This document shows, piece by piece, positions 1 through 7,788 of a stretch of DNA of 15,816 nt; within the stretch, counting starts at the first letter, position 1, and every line of letters begins with the position of its first letter. The notes beneath the pieces were generated by a model. That model had not been told where the DNA came from. It did no database searches and saw only the letters and a program-made list of their open reading frames with translations. The translations under genes and the position numbers were made by a program. This DNA is from Pseudomonadota bacterium. Lineage in GTDB: Bacteria; Bdellovibrionota; FAC87; UBA2466. The stretch spans positions 1 to 15,816 of the forward strand of contig JAYSWN010000017.1 of NCBI GenBank assembly GCA_043718025.1, written 5' to 3'.

Positions 1-1400
1 CCATATTTATTGGCGAGGGGAATCACCGCCTCAAAACGCTCTTCGCCATCTTCAAGGTTGATCGAGTTAATAACCGATTTGCCTTGCGAGTACTTAAGCC
101 CAAGTTCGATCACCTTTTCATCGGTAGAATCGATCATCAACGGAACGCGCACGCGCTTGATGGTTAACTCCAAAAATTTTTGCATGTCGGCCAATTCATC
201 GCGGTCAGGATTGGCGAGACAAATATCCAGCACCTGCGCGCCCGCACGAATCTGCCCACGCGCAACCTCCGAGGCTTCGTCAAACTTTTCGGCCGCAATC
301 AGCTTCTTAAACTTTCGACTGCCAATCACGTTTGTGCGCTCACCAACGATAACCGGCCGCACCTCGTCGGTAACATCGAACGCGTCGACTCCCGAAATTA
401 CATTGCGGCATATGGGAACAATTTGACGGGGTGTTTTGCCCTCCGCAATTTTTACCAGGGCTTCAATGTGCCCGGCGTGCGTCCCGCAACACCCTCCGAG
501 TATGTTGATCCAACCTCGTTCTACGAATCGACCCAATATCTGCCCCACCATCGCGGGGGTCTCCAGGTAGCAACCATTTTCATCGGGAAGACCGGCATTG
601 GGCACACACGACACCGGGAACGGTGAAAATTCGGCCAATGTGCGGATCGGATCGGTCATGAATTCTGGGCCGGTGGCGCAGTTAAGGCCGAGATAAAGCA
701 AATTCAAATGCTCGAGCGACGCCATGATCGATTCAATGTTCTGCCCCGCCAACATGGTGCCGGTGGGTTCAATGGTCACCGAAACCGCCACGGGAATTTC
801 AAAGCCAATCTGTTGGCTGAAGTCCTGAACCGCCAACAGGCCCGCCTTTAAATTGCGGGTGTCTTGGCAGGTTTCAAAGAGAAGATAATCACTGCCCCCT
901 TCCCACAGGGCTACCGCCTGCGCATAGTACTGCACGCGCAATTCATCAAAGGTGATACCGCCCGTGACGGTCATCGCCCGGGTCGTGGGGCCCATCGAGC
1001 CAGCAACAAAACGCGGGCGTTCGGGGGTCGAAAAAAAATCGGCCGCCTTGCGGGCAATCTGGGCCGAGGCGCGATTGATTTCGTCTGCCCGGCGTCCTAA
1101 GTAAAACTCTTCAAGAACAAATTCGACACCGCCGAAGGAATTGGTCTCTACCACGTCGCAACCCGCGGCCAAATGCTGACGGTGAATGTCTTCAATGACT
1201 TCGGGTCGGGTAATGCAGAGAAACTCGTTACAGCCTTCGTAGTTCTCCCCACCAAAATCGCTGGCCTTGAGATTTAAATCTTGAATCGCGGTGCCCATGG
1301 CCCCGTCTAAAACGAGAATGCGGTTTTTCATCTCTTTCCGCAAAGAGGCACAGCGCGCGATTTGAGCGGCGGTGGGCGAATTTACTATGGGCAACGTCAC
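1..1400 (-). CDS. metH: Cobalamin-dependent methionine synthase, N-terminal ~466 codons (homocysteine-binding and pterin-binding domains); 3' end is beyond the window edge
   Basis: Manual minus-strand translation from GTG at 1400 (GGAG SD at 1407-1410): MTLPIVNSP...RILVLDGAMGTAIQ...EGCNEFLCITRPEVIEDIH...GCDVVETNSFG...GLNCATGPEFM...CVPNAGLP...ILGGCCGT (Zn-ligand Cys motifs)...IVGERTNVIGSRKF...INSINLEDGEERF. Absent from the ORF track because no stop codon lies in the window. Confidence 0.97.
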   Translation of the reverse strand, partial: MTLPIVNSPTAAQIARCASLRKEMKNRILVLDGAMGTAIQDLNLKASDFGGENYEGCNEFLCITRPEVIEDIHRQHLAAGCDVVETNSFGGVEFVLEEFYLGRRADEINRASAQIARKAADFFSTPERPRFVAGSMGPTTRAMTVTGGITFDELRVQYYAQAVALWEGGSDYLLFETCQDTRNLKAGLLAVQDFSQQIGFEIPVAVSVTIEPTGTMLAGQNIESIMASLEHLNLLYLGLNCATGPEFMTDPIRTLAEFSPFPVSCVPNAGLPDENGCYLETPAMVGQILGRFVERGWINILGGCCGTHAGHIEALVKIAEGKTPRQIVPICRNVISGVDAFDVTDEVRPVIVGERTNVIGSRKFKKLIAAEKFDEASEVARGQIRAGAQVLDICLANPDRDELADMQKFLELTIKRVRVPLMIDSTDEKVIELGLKYSQGKSVINSINLEDGEERFEAVIPLANKY

Positions 1401-1435
1401 TGCTAACTCCCTATGGCCAGGCCCTTCGAATGAGA

Positions 1436-1451
1436 AGAGAGCTTACTCTCT
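1436..1451 (-). terminator. Weak hairpin just after the hydratase stop codon (possible pause or processing site rather than a true terminator)
   Basis: AGAGAG-taag-CTCTCT on the minus strand: 6-bp stem, followed by a pyrimidine-rich run but no clean U-tract. Confidence 0.2.
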
Positions 1452-1452
1452 C

Positions 1453-2235
1453 TCATTCACCAATGAAGACCGGCTTTCTCTTTTCCTGAAATGCTTTCAA
1501 CCCTTCCGCACGATCTTTGGAATGCAGGCATGGCGCGTAGGCTTCAATTTCGGCCGAAAGCCCCTCTTCCAATGATTTTTCTAAGCCCATGCGAATAGCG
1601 TTCTTCGCCTGTCTTACCGCAATCGGCGCCGCCTCTCCAATTTTTTGCGCCCACTGTTTGGCCGCGATGAGAGATTGCCCTACCGGCACCACCGTGTGCA
1701 CCACTTGGTAGGCTAAAGCCTCTTGGGCCGATAGCCTTCTGGAAAGCAGAATCAACTCCATCGCTCTGGCCCGACCTACAATCCGCGCGAGCCGCTGGGT
1801 GCCCCCATTTCCGGGAATCACGCCTAGCTCAACTTCGGGAAAGCCCATCACGGCATTTTCTGCCGCGACCCGCAAATCACACGCCAGAGCCAGCTCCAGC
1901 CCTCCCCCCAGTGCCATGCCGTTCAAGGCGGCAATTACCGGAAAGCCCAGCCGCTCTAGCCGCAAGTAAAGATGGCGAACCGCCTGTAAGCGGTTCAATA
2001 CATCTTTATCATTCATGCTGGCGCGCTCTTTAAGATCAGCGCCAACGGAAAATGATTTTTCTCCCGCCCCGGTCAAAATCATCGCCCGCACCGTGCGGTC
2101 GGTCTCTAGGACATCAAGCAACGACTTCAATTCATCAAATACGTGCTTATGTAAAGCGTTGTGCTTTTCAGGACGGTTGATCGTAGCGATGACAGTATTG
2201 TTTTCGCGACGGACTTGCAGCTCAGCTAATGCCAT
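1453..2235 (-). CDS. Enoyl-CoA hydratase/isomerase (crotonase family), probably methylglutaconyl-CoA hydratase (LiuC/YngF/AUH-like)
   Basis: Motifs INRPEKHNAL, FSVGADLKER, GGGLELALACD, FPEVELGVIPGNGGTQRL (both catalytic Glu present) and C-terminal EGLKAFQEKRKPVF. GGAGG SD upstream. Overlaps the HMG-CoA lyase gene by 14 bp. Confidence 0.92.
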   Translation of the reverse strand: MALAELQVRRENNTVIATINRPEKHNALHKHVFDELKSLLDVLETDRTVRAMILTGAGEKSFSVGADLKERASMNDKDVLNRLQAVRHLYLRLERLGFPVIAALNGMALGGGLELALACDLRVAAENAVMGFPEVELGVIPGNGGTQRLARIVGRARAMELILLSRRLSAQEALAYQVVHTVVPVGQSLIAAKQWAQKIGEAAPIAVRQAKNAIRMGLEKSLEEGLSAEIEAYAPCLHSKDRAEGLKAFQEKRKPVFIGE

Positions 2236-3145
2236 AGGGCGTTCCTCCGCAGGAATAGATTTCAGCTAAATGCGACTTCGGTTTGATTTGAAATTCGCTT
2301 TGTAAAGAAATGACCGCCGCTTGAAGCGCCGGAAAATTTACGCCCGTGGAGAGTCCGGCGCGTTGAAAGGTCCAGACCACATCTTCCATCGCCACATTTC
2401 CACTTGCCCCTTTGGCGTAGGGACAGCCACCTACCCCACCCAACGAAGCATCGAACATGCGAATGCCTTTGGCGTAAGCGGCCTCAATGGCCATTAACGC
2501 TTTTCCGTAGGTGTTGTGAACGTGAAGCGCCGTCTTTTCTTTGGGAAAATATTTCAAGCTAACGTCAAGCAGCTCGTTCACTTTGACCAGGGTGGCCGTG
2601 CCCAACGTGTCAGAAAGGGCAATTTCATCAGGGTTCAGCTTCGCCACCTTTTCCAGCACTTTAGCGATGGTGGCGGGAGCAATGTCGCCTTCATAGGGAC
2701 AACCAAATAAAGTCGAAACATAGATACGGCACTTCACTCCGGCCGACTTTGCGGTCTCGGTCACCCGGGCCAGCTCCAAAAGAGTAGCCTCGATCGATTG
2801 ATTTACGTTTTTTTGGTTGAACGTTTCAGACACCGCGACGAAGCACGAAGCCCACTGAATATTGTATTTCAATAATCGCTCTAGCCCGCGCACATTGGGC
2901 ACAAATGCCATACTGGTGGTGAGCGAAAGCCGCGAAGTGATCGCCGCCAAAAAAGCATCGGCGTCGGCGAACTGGGGAACCCATTTGGGGTGAATGAAAC
3001 TGGTCACCTCAACGCGCGCCGGCCGGTAGCTTAAAATTTTTTCAAAGAGGCGAGCCTTTTCCGCGGTGGCCAGTTGCCTAGCCTCCATCTGAAGGCCGTC
3101 ACGCAGCGTCACATCGATGAGCTCGATGACCGCATTTTTTACCAT
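2222..3145 (-). CDS. hmgL: Hydroxymethylglutaryl-CoA lyase (DRE-TIM metallolyase; LiuE/MvaB/YngG-like)
   Basis: LRDGLQ, VEVTSFIHPKWVPQFAD, FGCPYEG, LSDTLG, HVHNTYG, and the HMG-CoA lyase signature GGCPYAKGASGNVAMED. Confidence 0.95.
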   Translation of the reverse strand: MVKNAVIELIDVTLRDGLQMEARQLATAEKARLFEKILSYRPARVEVTSFIHPKWVPQFADADAFLAAITSRLSLTTSMAFVPNVRGLERLLKYNIQWASCFVAVSETFNQKNVNQSIEATLLELARVTETAKSAGVKCRIYVSTLFGCPYEGDIAPATIAKVLEKVAKLNPDEIALSDTLGTATLVKVNELLDVSLKYFPKEKTALHVHNTYGKALMAIEAAYAKGIRMFDASLGGVGGCPYAKGASGNVAMEDVVWTFQRAGLSTGVNFPALQAAVISLQSEFQIKPKSHLAEIYSCGGTPYGIS

Positions 3146-3642
3146 TCGAAAAAGTACCCTGCCCGAAACATAAAAGACCAGAAGTTGCCGCTGCCCACCG
3201 CCGGACTGAAAACCAAATGGTATCGAGCGCCGAGCCCCAAACGTATGGCCTCATCCAATTTAAAATCGACCGCGGTTCCGAAATTCAATCCGAAGTTGGT
3301 ATCGGTATTCAACGCCTTAAAGAAATACAGGCCGGGCCCAACACCAATGGTGAAATCAAAATCATTCACATCGGCGTAATGAATTTCGGCCGAAAGGTGC
3401 GGAGCGTAAATTGTGAGACCGGAATGGGAGCTCGTCTGAAAATGAAAAATCACGTCTACGAGGGGGTTAGCCCTGAGCCCTAGGTCCACCCCGAAGCCGA
3501 TTGCCGTATTGGTGGCACCGCCATTAAGTCCCACCGCGCCAACTTGTCCGCCGAGGTACACCCCGTCCACGGCAAGCGCCGGCGCCGCCGCAAAGAGAAA
3601 AAAGACGCCCAACGTGCTGTAAATTTTGTTCATTTTTTTCAT
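3139..3642 (-). CDS. Small secreted outer-membrane beta-barrel protein (OmpA/OmpW-like 8-stranded family)
   Basis: Signal peptide ending APALA. Alternating hydrophobic beta-strand segments (GVYLGGQVG, FGVDLGLR, FTIGVGPGLYF, FGLNFGTAVDF, LGLGARYH) and an aromatic C-terminal strand (FRAGYFFEW). Confidence 0.8.
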   Translation of the reverse strand: MKKMNKIYSTLGVFFLFAAAPALAVDGVYLGGQVGAVGLNGGATNTAIGFGVDLGLRANPLVDVIFHFQTSSHSGLTIYAPHLSAEIHYADVNDFDFTIGVGPGLYFFKALNTDTNFGLNFGTAVDFKLDEAIRLGLGARYHLVFSPAVGSGNFWSFMFRAGYFFEW

Positions 3643-3649
3643 GAGCTAG

Positions 3650-3679
3650 AGTCTAAAGCGGTAACCGGGGGTGTGTAAA
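3650..3679 (-). promoter_or_regulatory. Candidate sigma70 promoter giving a leaderless mRNA for the beta-barrel gene
   Basis: Minus strand: TTTACA (3674-3679), 18 nt, TAGACT (3650-3655), 7 nt, ATG (3642). No SD precedes the ATG. Confidence 0.55.
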
Positions 3680-3717
3680 GAAGGAGTCAGGACTTAGACT
3701 GTCTGTGGGTAAGACTA

Positions 3718-3744
3718 GACCCCTTTTTGGGGGGAAATGGGGTC
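3718..3744 (-). terminator. Imperfect inverted repeat downstream of topA (possible terminator)
   Basis: GACCCC (3718-3723) and GGGGTC (3739-3744) with additional A/T pairing inside, about 18 nt after the topA stop. No good U-tract on the minus strand. Confidence 0.35.
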
Positions 3745-3762
3745 ACGGGTGAACAAAGGCGG

Positions 3763-6249
3763 TCAATCGCTCACTTCGGTCGGCTCGGGCGTAGGCCCCG
3801 TCTCTTTTTGAAAACCACATTCTTTGTTGGGGCAACGGATAGAGAGCCCCTCTTTCTTGGTATAGTGCTCTACTAAAAAAGGGCTTTTACAAGTCGGGCA
3901 GGCTTCACCCTTGATCGGTTTATCCCAGATCGCGTACTTGCAATTAGGGTATTTGTTACAGCTAAAAAAGATTTTGCCAAAGCGCGTGCGTTTTTCGGCA
4001 AGCTGACCTTCTAGGCAAGTGGGACAGACGATTCCGGTAGTAATGGCCTTAGTGGTTTTACATTCCGGGTATTTGGAACAGGCTAAAAAACGGCCGAAAC
4101 GACCCGTTTTCACCATCATGGGCTCACTGCACTTTTCGCATTTCTCATCGGTAACCGGCGTTTCCACCAAAGTGATTTTGCCATCTTCGGCGGTTACGAA
4201 TTCGCTGGTGAATCGACACTCCGGGTACCCCTGGCAGGCAACGAAGCGGCCGTTTTTGCCCCACTTGATCACAGTTGGCTTTTCGCATTTTGGGCAAACA
4301 ATATCGGTGGGAATCTCTTCGCGCTTCACATCGCGCATTTTCTCAGCGGCGACTTTTAGGGTTTCCTCAAACGGCGTATAAAAAGTGGTGAGAGCTTTCA
4401 CCCAGTCAACGCTGCCCTCTTCAATTTGATCGAGCTGATCTTCCATGTTGGCGGTAAACGCCACGTTCACGATGTTGCCAAAATTTTCGATCAGAAGATC
4501 GGTAACTACGTTACCCAGTTCGGTGGGATGGAAGCGGTTCTCTTTGCGCTCAACATATTTGCGGTCTTGAATGGTTGATAAAATTGCGGCGTAAGTGGAC
4601 GGACGGCCGATCCCTTTTTCTTCAAGCTCCTTAATCAGCGTACTTTCTGAAAAGCGGGGCGGCGGCTGAGTCATGTGCTTTTCCGCGTCGACTTTATTAC
4701 AGTCGAAGGCTGACTTTTCGTTGAGATCGGGGAGACGCCCGCCTAACCCGTCCTCATCTTTTTCCTCTTGTTCTTCCCACGCGGCTAAAAAACCGTCGAA
4801 ACGAAGCACGGAGCCGCTCGAACGATACAAATATTTTTTGCCGTTCGGCGCCACGACATTAAATTCAATGGTCGTCTGATCGTAAACCGCGGGGTTCATC
4901 TGCGAGGCTAAGTAGCGTTTCCAGATTAAGTTGTAGAGTTTCCACTGATCGGCATCGAGATAGCCCTTCACCATATCGGGGGTAAATTGAGTAGACGTGG
5001 GGCGAACGGCTTCGTGAGCGTCCTGCGCGTTTTTCTTGTTTTTGTATTGAACCGGAGCCTCAGGAAGGTACTCTTTGCCGTACTTACTTCCGATAAATTC
5101 GCGCGCATCGGTTAGCGACTGATCGGACAAGCGGGTCGAGTCAGTACGCATGTAGGTGATAAGACCCTGCATGCCGTGTTCGCCAATTTCCACCCCTTCG
5201 TATAGCTGCTGAGCCAAAACCATGGTTTTCTTGGCGCTAAAATAGCAACGCTTGGCGGCTTCTTGCTGCATGGTCGAAGTAATAAAAGGGGCGTAAGGGT
5301 TGCGCCGACGCTGCTTTTGGTTAACCGAGGCGATTTTCCAGGTGCCGTTTTGAGTTCCGTTAACGATTTCCAACGCCATCGCTTCTTCATCGATGCTGGT
5401 ACGTTCAACGCGCTCTCCGTCAATCTTAGCGAGTAGGGCTCTGAATTCTTTTCCGGCGGAGGACAGCGTTCCAAGGATGGTCCAATAGGCTTTCGGATTA
5501 AATGCCTTTACCTCTTTTTCGCGCTCAACAATGAGGCGAACCGCGACCGACTGTACCCGCCCCGCCGAAAGGCCGCGGCGAACTTTTACCCAAAGAATGG
5601 GAGAAATTTTGTAGCCTACCAAACGGTCGAGAATGCGGCGAGCCTGCTGCGACTCGAACCGCCGCTGATTTAATTTGATTGGATGGGCAAGCGCTTCGAT
5701 TACCGCGGTTTTAGTAATCTCATTAAAGAGGACGCGGTGTGCTTTACTTGGCGGAATTTTTAGCTCATTGGCCACGTGCCAGGCAATGGCCTCGCCTTCG
5801 CGATCCGGATCCGCCGCCAGATATATTTTATCCGCAAGTAGGGCAGCCTTTTGCAGGTCTTCGACAACCTTTTGCTTCCCCTTAATGAGTTCGTAGGTGG
5901 GTTCAAAACCGTGTTCGACATCCACCCCGATCTTGCTTTTGGGCAGGTCTCTAATGTGGCCAACGCTGGCCCTTACATCGTAATCGCGCCCCAAATATTT
6001 TTTAAGGGTTTTTGCTTTGGCCGGCGACTCTACGATAACGAGGCTGCGAATGCGTCCCACCCGGCTGGTAAGCCCGGAGTCTTCGGATACGGCCGAAGCT
6101 TTGGATTTTGCAGGTTTTCTGGCTGGCTTCTTAGCTGCCTTTGCTTCGGGGATAGAACTGCCAATTGGAGTGGCAGCAAGGCCGGCACTCTCTACCAACA
6201 ATGTTTTGCGCGCGGAAGACTTGGTTGTTTTTGCTTTGGTTTTTTCCAT
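3763..6249 (-). CDS. topA: DNA topoisomerase I (type IA) with four C-terminal Cys4 zinc-ribbon motifs and an ~65-aa Lys/Ala-rich N-terminal extension
   Basis: TOPRIM motifs LVIVESPAKAKT and LAADPDREGEAIAWH, SAGRVQS, active site LITYMRTDS, AQDAHEAVRPT, GIGRPSTYA. Zn ribbons CPKC..CQGYPEC, CEKC..CSKYPEC, CPTC..CNKYPNC, CPTC..CPNKEC. Confidence 0.99.
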   Translation of the reverse strand: MEKTKAKTTKSSARKTLLVESAGLAATPIGSSIPEAKAAKKPARKPAKSKASAVSEDSGLTSRVGRIRSLVIVESPAKAKTLKKYLGRDYDVRASVGHIRDLPKSKIGVDVEHGFEPTYELIKGKQKVVEDLQKAALLADKIYLAADPDREGEAIAWHVANELKIPPSKAHRVLFNEITKTAVIEALAHPIKLNQRRFESQQARRILDRLVGYKISPILWVKVRRGLSAGRVQSVAVRLIVEREKEVKAFNPKAYWTILGTLSSAGKEFRALLAKIDGERVERTSIDEEAMALEIVNGTQNGTWKIASVNQKQRRRNPYAPFITSTMQQEAAKRCYFSAKKTMVLAQQLYEGVEIGEHGMQGLITYMRTDSTRLSDQSLTDAREFIGSKYGKEYLPEAPVQYKNKKNAQDAHEAVRPTSTQFTPDMVKGYLDADQWKLYNLIWKRYLASQMNPAVYDQTTIEFNVVAPNGKKYLYRSSGSVLRFDGFLAAWEEQEEKDEDGLGGRLPDLNEKSAFDCNKVDAEKHMTQPPPRFSESTLIKELEEKGIGRPSTYAAILSTIQDRKYVERKENRFHPTELGNVVTDLLIENFGNIVNVAFTANMEDQLDQIEEGSVDWVKALTTFYTPFEETLKVAAEKMRDVKREEIPTDIVCPKCEKPTVIKWGKNGRFVACQGYPECRFTSEFVTAEDGKITLVETPVTDEKCEKCSEPMMVKTGRFGRFLACSKYPECKTTKAITTGIVCPTCLEGQLAEKRTRFGKIFFSCNKYPNCKYAIWDKPIKGEACPTCKSPFLVEHYTKKEGLSIRCPNKECGFQKETGPTPEPTEVSD

Positions 6250-6256
6250 CAGGCGT

Positions 6257-6712
6257 TCAGTTCAAGAGCGAATCACTAATTGAAAGGCTGCCCCTGTCAA
6301 GTTGGATTTTGTGCTCGTGACTGAAAATGGTGAGTGCAACCACGGTTTTCATCTCACGAAGTCCGGTGTGTTCTTCGAGATTCATCACCCGGTGAACTAT
6401 CTCATCTTCAAGGGCGTGATCGATAATCCCTCGAGTCTTTAACTGCCAAAGATACCCCTGCACACGTGGAGAAAGGCGCGTGGCTTCCTCTTTAGTGAAG
6501 CAGCGATGGACGGGGATCTGGTCGCTCCAGTACGGCCCGGGAATTTCTAGGAGCATCTTTTCCATCTGCTGTATAGCCGATTCAATATCGTTTTCGCTAT
6601 ACCCGCGATGCAATAGATCGTCCCAGATCTCCTCAGCGTCGTAAAACAGGTCTTTGTCCTGTGAAACAGACTGCGACAACAGTCCCAAAATATTTAGTAC
6701 TTTTTCGCGCAA
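6257..6712 (-). CDS. smg: Smg / DUF494 family protein
   Basis: Motifs LLHRGYSENDIESA, RCFTKEEATRLSPRVQGYLWQL and GIIDHALEDEIV, plus the classic position between dprA and topA. TTG start. Confidence 0.85.
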   Translation of the reverse strand: MREKVLNILGLLSQSVSQDKDLFYDAEEIWDDLLHRGYSENDIESAIQQMEKMLLEIPGPYWSDQIPVHRCFTKEEATRLSPRVQGYLWQLKTRGIIDHALEDEIVHRVMNLEEHTGLREMKTVVALTIFSHEHKIQLDRGSLSISDSLLN

Positions 6713-6739
6713 TGTTTTTTTTTGGAGAAGGTTTGTGCC

Positions 6740-6780
6740 TTAGCAGCGAACTGTCCGGAGAGAAGCCCACACGCTGCTAA
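6740..6780 (-). repeat. Perfect 9-bp inverted repeat (stem-loop) upstream of smg
   Basis: TTAGCAGCG (6740-6748) and CGCTGCTAA (6772-6780), enclosing 23 nt. Confidence 0.7.
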
Positions 6781-6792
6781 TTCAATGATCTA

Positions 6793-6821
6793 ATTGTTAA
6801 GAAAACCGATCTCTTTGGCAA
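6793..6821 (-). promoter_or_regulatory. Candidate internal sigma70 promoter for smg-topA
   Basis: Minus strand: TTGCCA (6816-6821), 17 nt, AACAAT (6793-6798), with A-rich sequence upstream. Confidence 0.35.
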
Positions 6822-6848
6822 GGGCATAACGGTCATGATTTTATTTTT

Positions 6849-7736
6849 TTATTCGCAACGCGGCATCCACGAGTACCACTGCGGGGATGATTCTACAATC
6901 GACCCGCGTTCGACCGCTTTTGACCAATCACTCCAAAAGCCCTCGGGGCTTCTCTCGGCAAGTCTTTGCACGGCGCCAAAGGAGAGAAAACCTCCGGCTA
7001 ATTCAAAAGATTTTTGCAATTCACTAGGCGCCACGGAGTTTGTTTTTCGGTCGTTAACCGCTGTCTGCGAAACTTCGTCTAGAATGTCTTGCGCCGAGGT
7101 GACCAGTTTTGCCCCTTGCTGAATCAACCAATGACAACCACCGAAAGATTGTTGATCGGCAGGGCCGGGTACGGCGAAAACTTCACGGTTCTGAGTCAAC
7201 GCAAGATCGGCGGTAATGAGCGCCCCGCTTTTTTGGGGCGCCTCAATCACCACCACTCCTCGACACAAGCCCGCGACAAGGCGATTTCGCTGTGGAAAAT
7301 TCGATTTATGGATCGCACTGCCGGCAGGGTACTCTGACAGTATCGCCCCTCCGGCCCGCACGATCGCATCGGCGAGCAGGGTGTGTTCACGCGGGTAAAT
7401 ACGATCGAGGCCGCAGCCTAAAATCGCCGCGGTTTTTCCTCCGGCCCGCAAGGCGCCCCGGTGCGCGGCACCGTCAATGCCCAGTGCCAAGCCGCTAATG
7501 ACGGCCACGCCGGCCTCGGCCAGTTCCATCGCAAGTTTCCAAGCCATGTGCAAGCCGTACGGTGACGCCCGTCGGGTGCCGACCACGGCCACACAAATTT
7601 GGGTGCTCAAAAAATCAACCTCACCTCTGTAAAAAAGTTGGCCGGGCGGGTGATGAATTTCAGCCAGCCAAGGAAAACGGGCGGAGGGATTCTCTATGAC
7701 AGTACCGGGATTTACAGACATCACTCGCGATCTCAC
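6849..7736 (-). CDS. dprA: DNA-processing protein DprA (Smf); start either GTG 7736 or ATG 7721
   Basis: LAEIHHPPGQLFYRG, VAVVGTRRASPYG, VISGLALGIDGAAHRGAL, FPQRNRLVAGL, VVIEAPQKSGALITA, REVFAVPG, LIQQGAKLV. Confidence 0.97.
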   Translation of the reverse strand: MRSRVMSVNPGTVIENPSARFPWLAEIHHPPGQLFYRGEVDFLSTQICVAVVGTRRASPYGLHMAWKLAMELAEAGVAVISGLALGIDGAAHRGALRAGGKTAAILGCGLDRIYPREHTLLADAIVRAGGAILSEYPAGSAIHKSNFPQRNRLVAGLCRGVVVIEAPQKSGALITADLALTQNREVFAVPGPADQQSFGGCHWLIQQGAKLVTSAQDILDEVSQTAVNDRKTNSVAPSELQKSFELAGGFLSFGAVQRLAERSPEGFWSDWSKAVERGSIVESSPQWYSWMPRCE

Positions 7737-7788
7737 GCGACAATGGGGAAGGTCAACGGGCGCTGGGGGGCGCAGCGGGAGAATCGCG

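Noticed and set aside
1401..1452. Cobalamin or SAM riboswitch upstream of metH
   Set aside because: The spacer is only 52 bp and contains no B12-box or S-box motif.
10..1575. Plus-strand ORFs 10-426, 180-626, 864-1100 and 1372-1575
   Set aside because: They are antisense shadows of metH and the hydratase gene, with no recognisable motifs.
7737..7788. dprA promoter based on minus-strand TTGACC, and a CGCTG/CAGCG hairpin
   Set aside because: No acceptable -10 hexamer at 16-18 nt spacing. The hairpin is only 5 bp with no U-tract.
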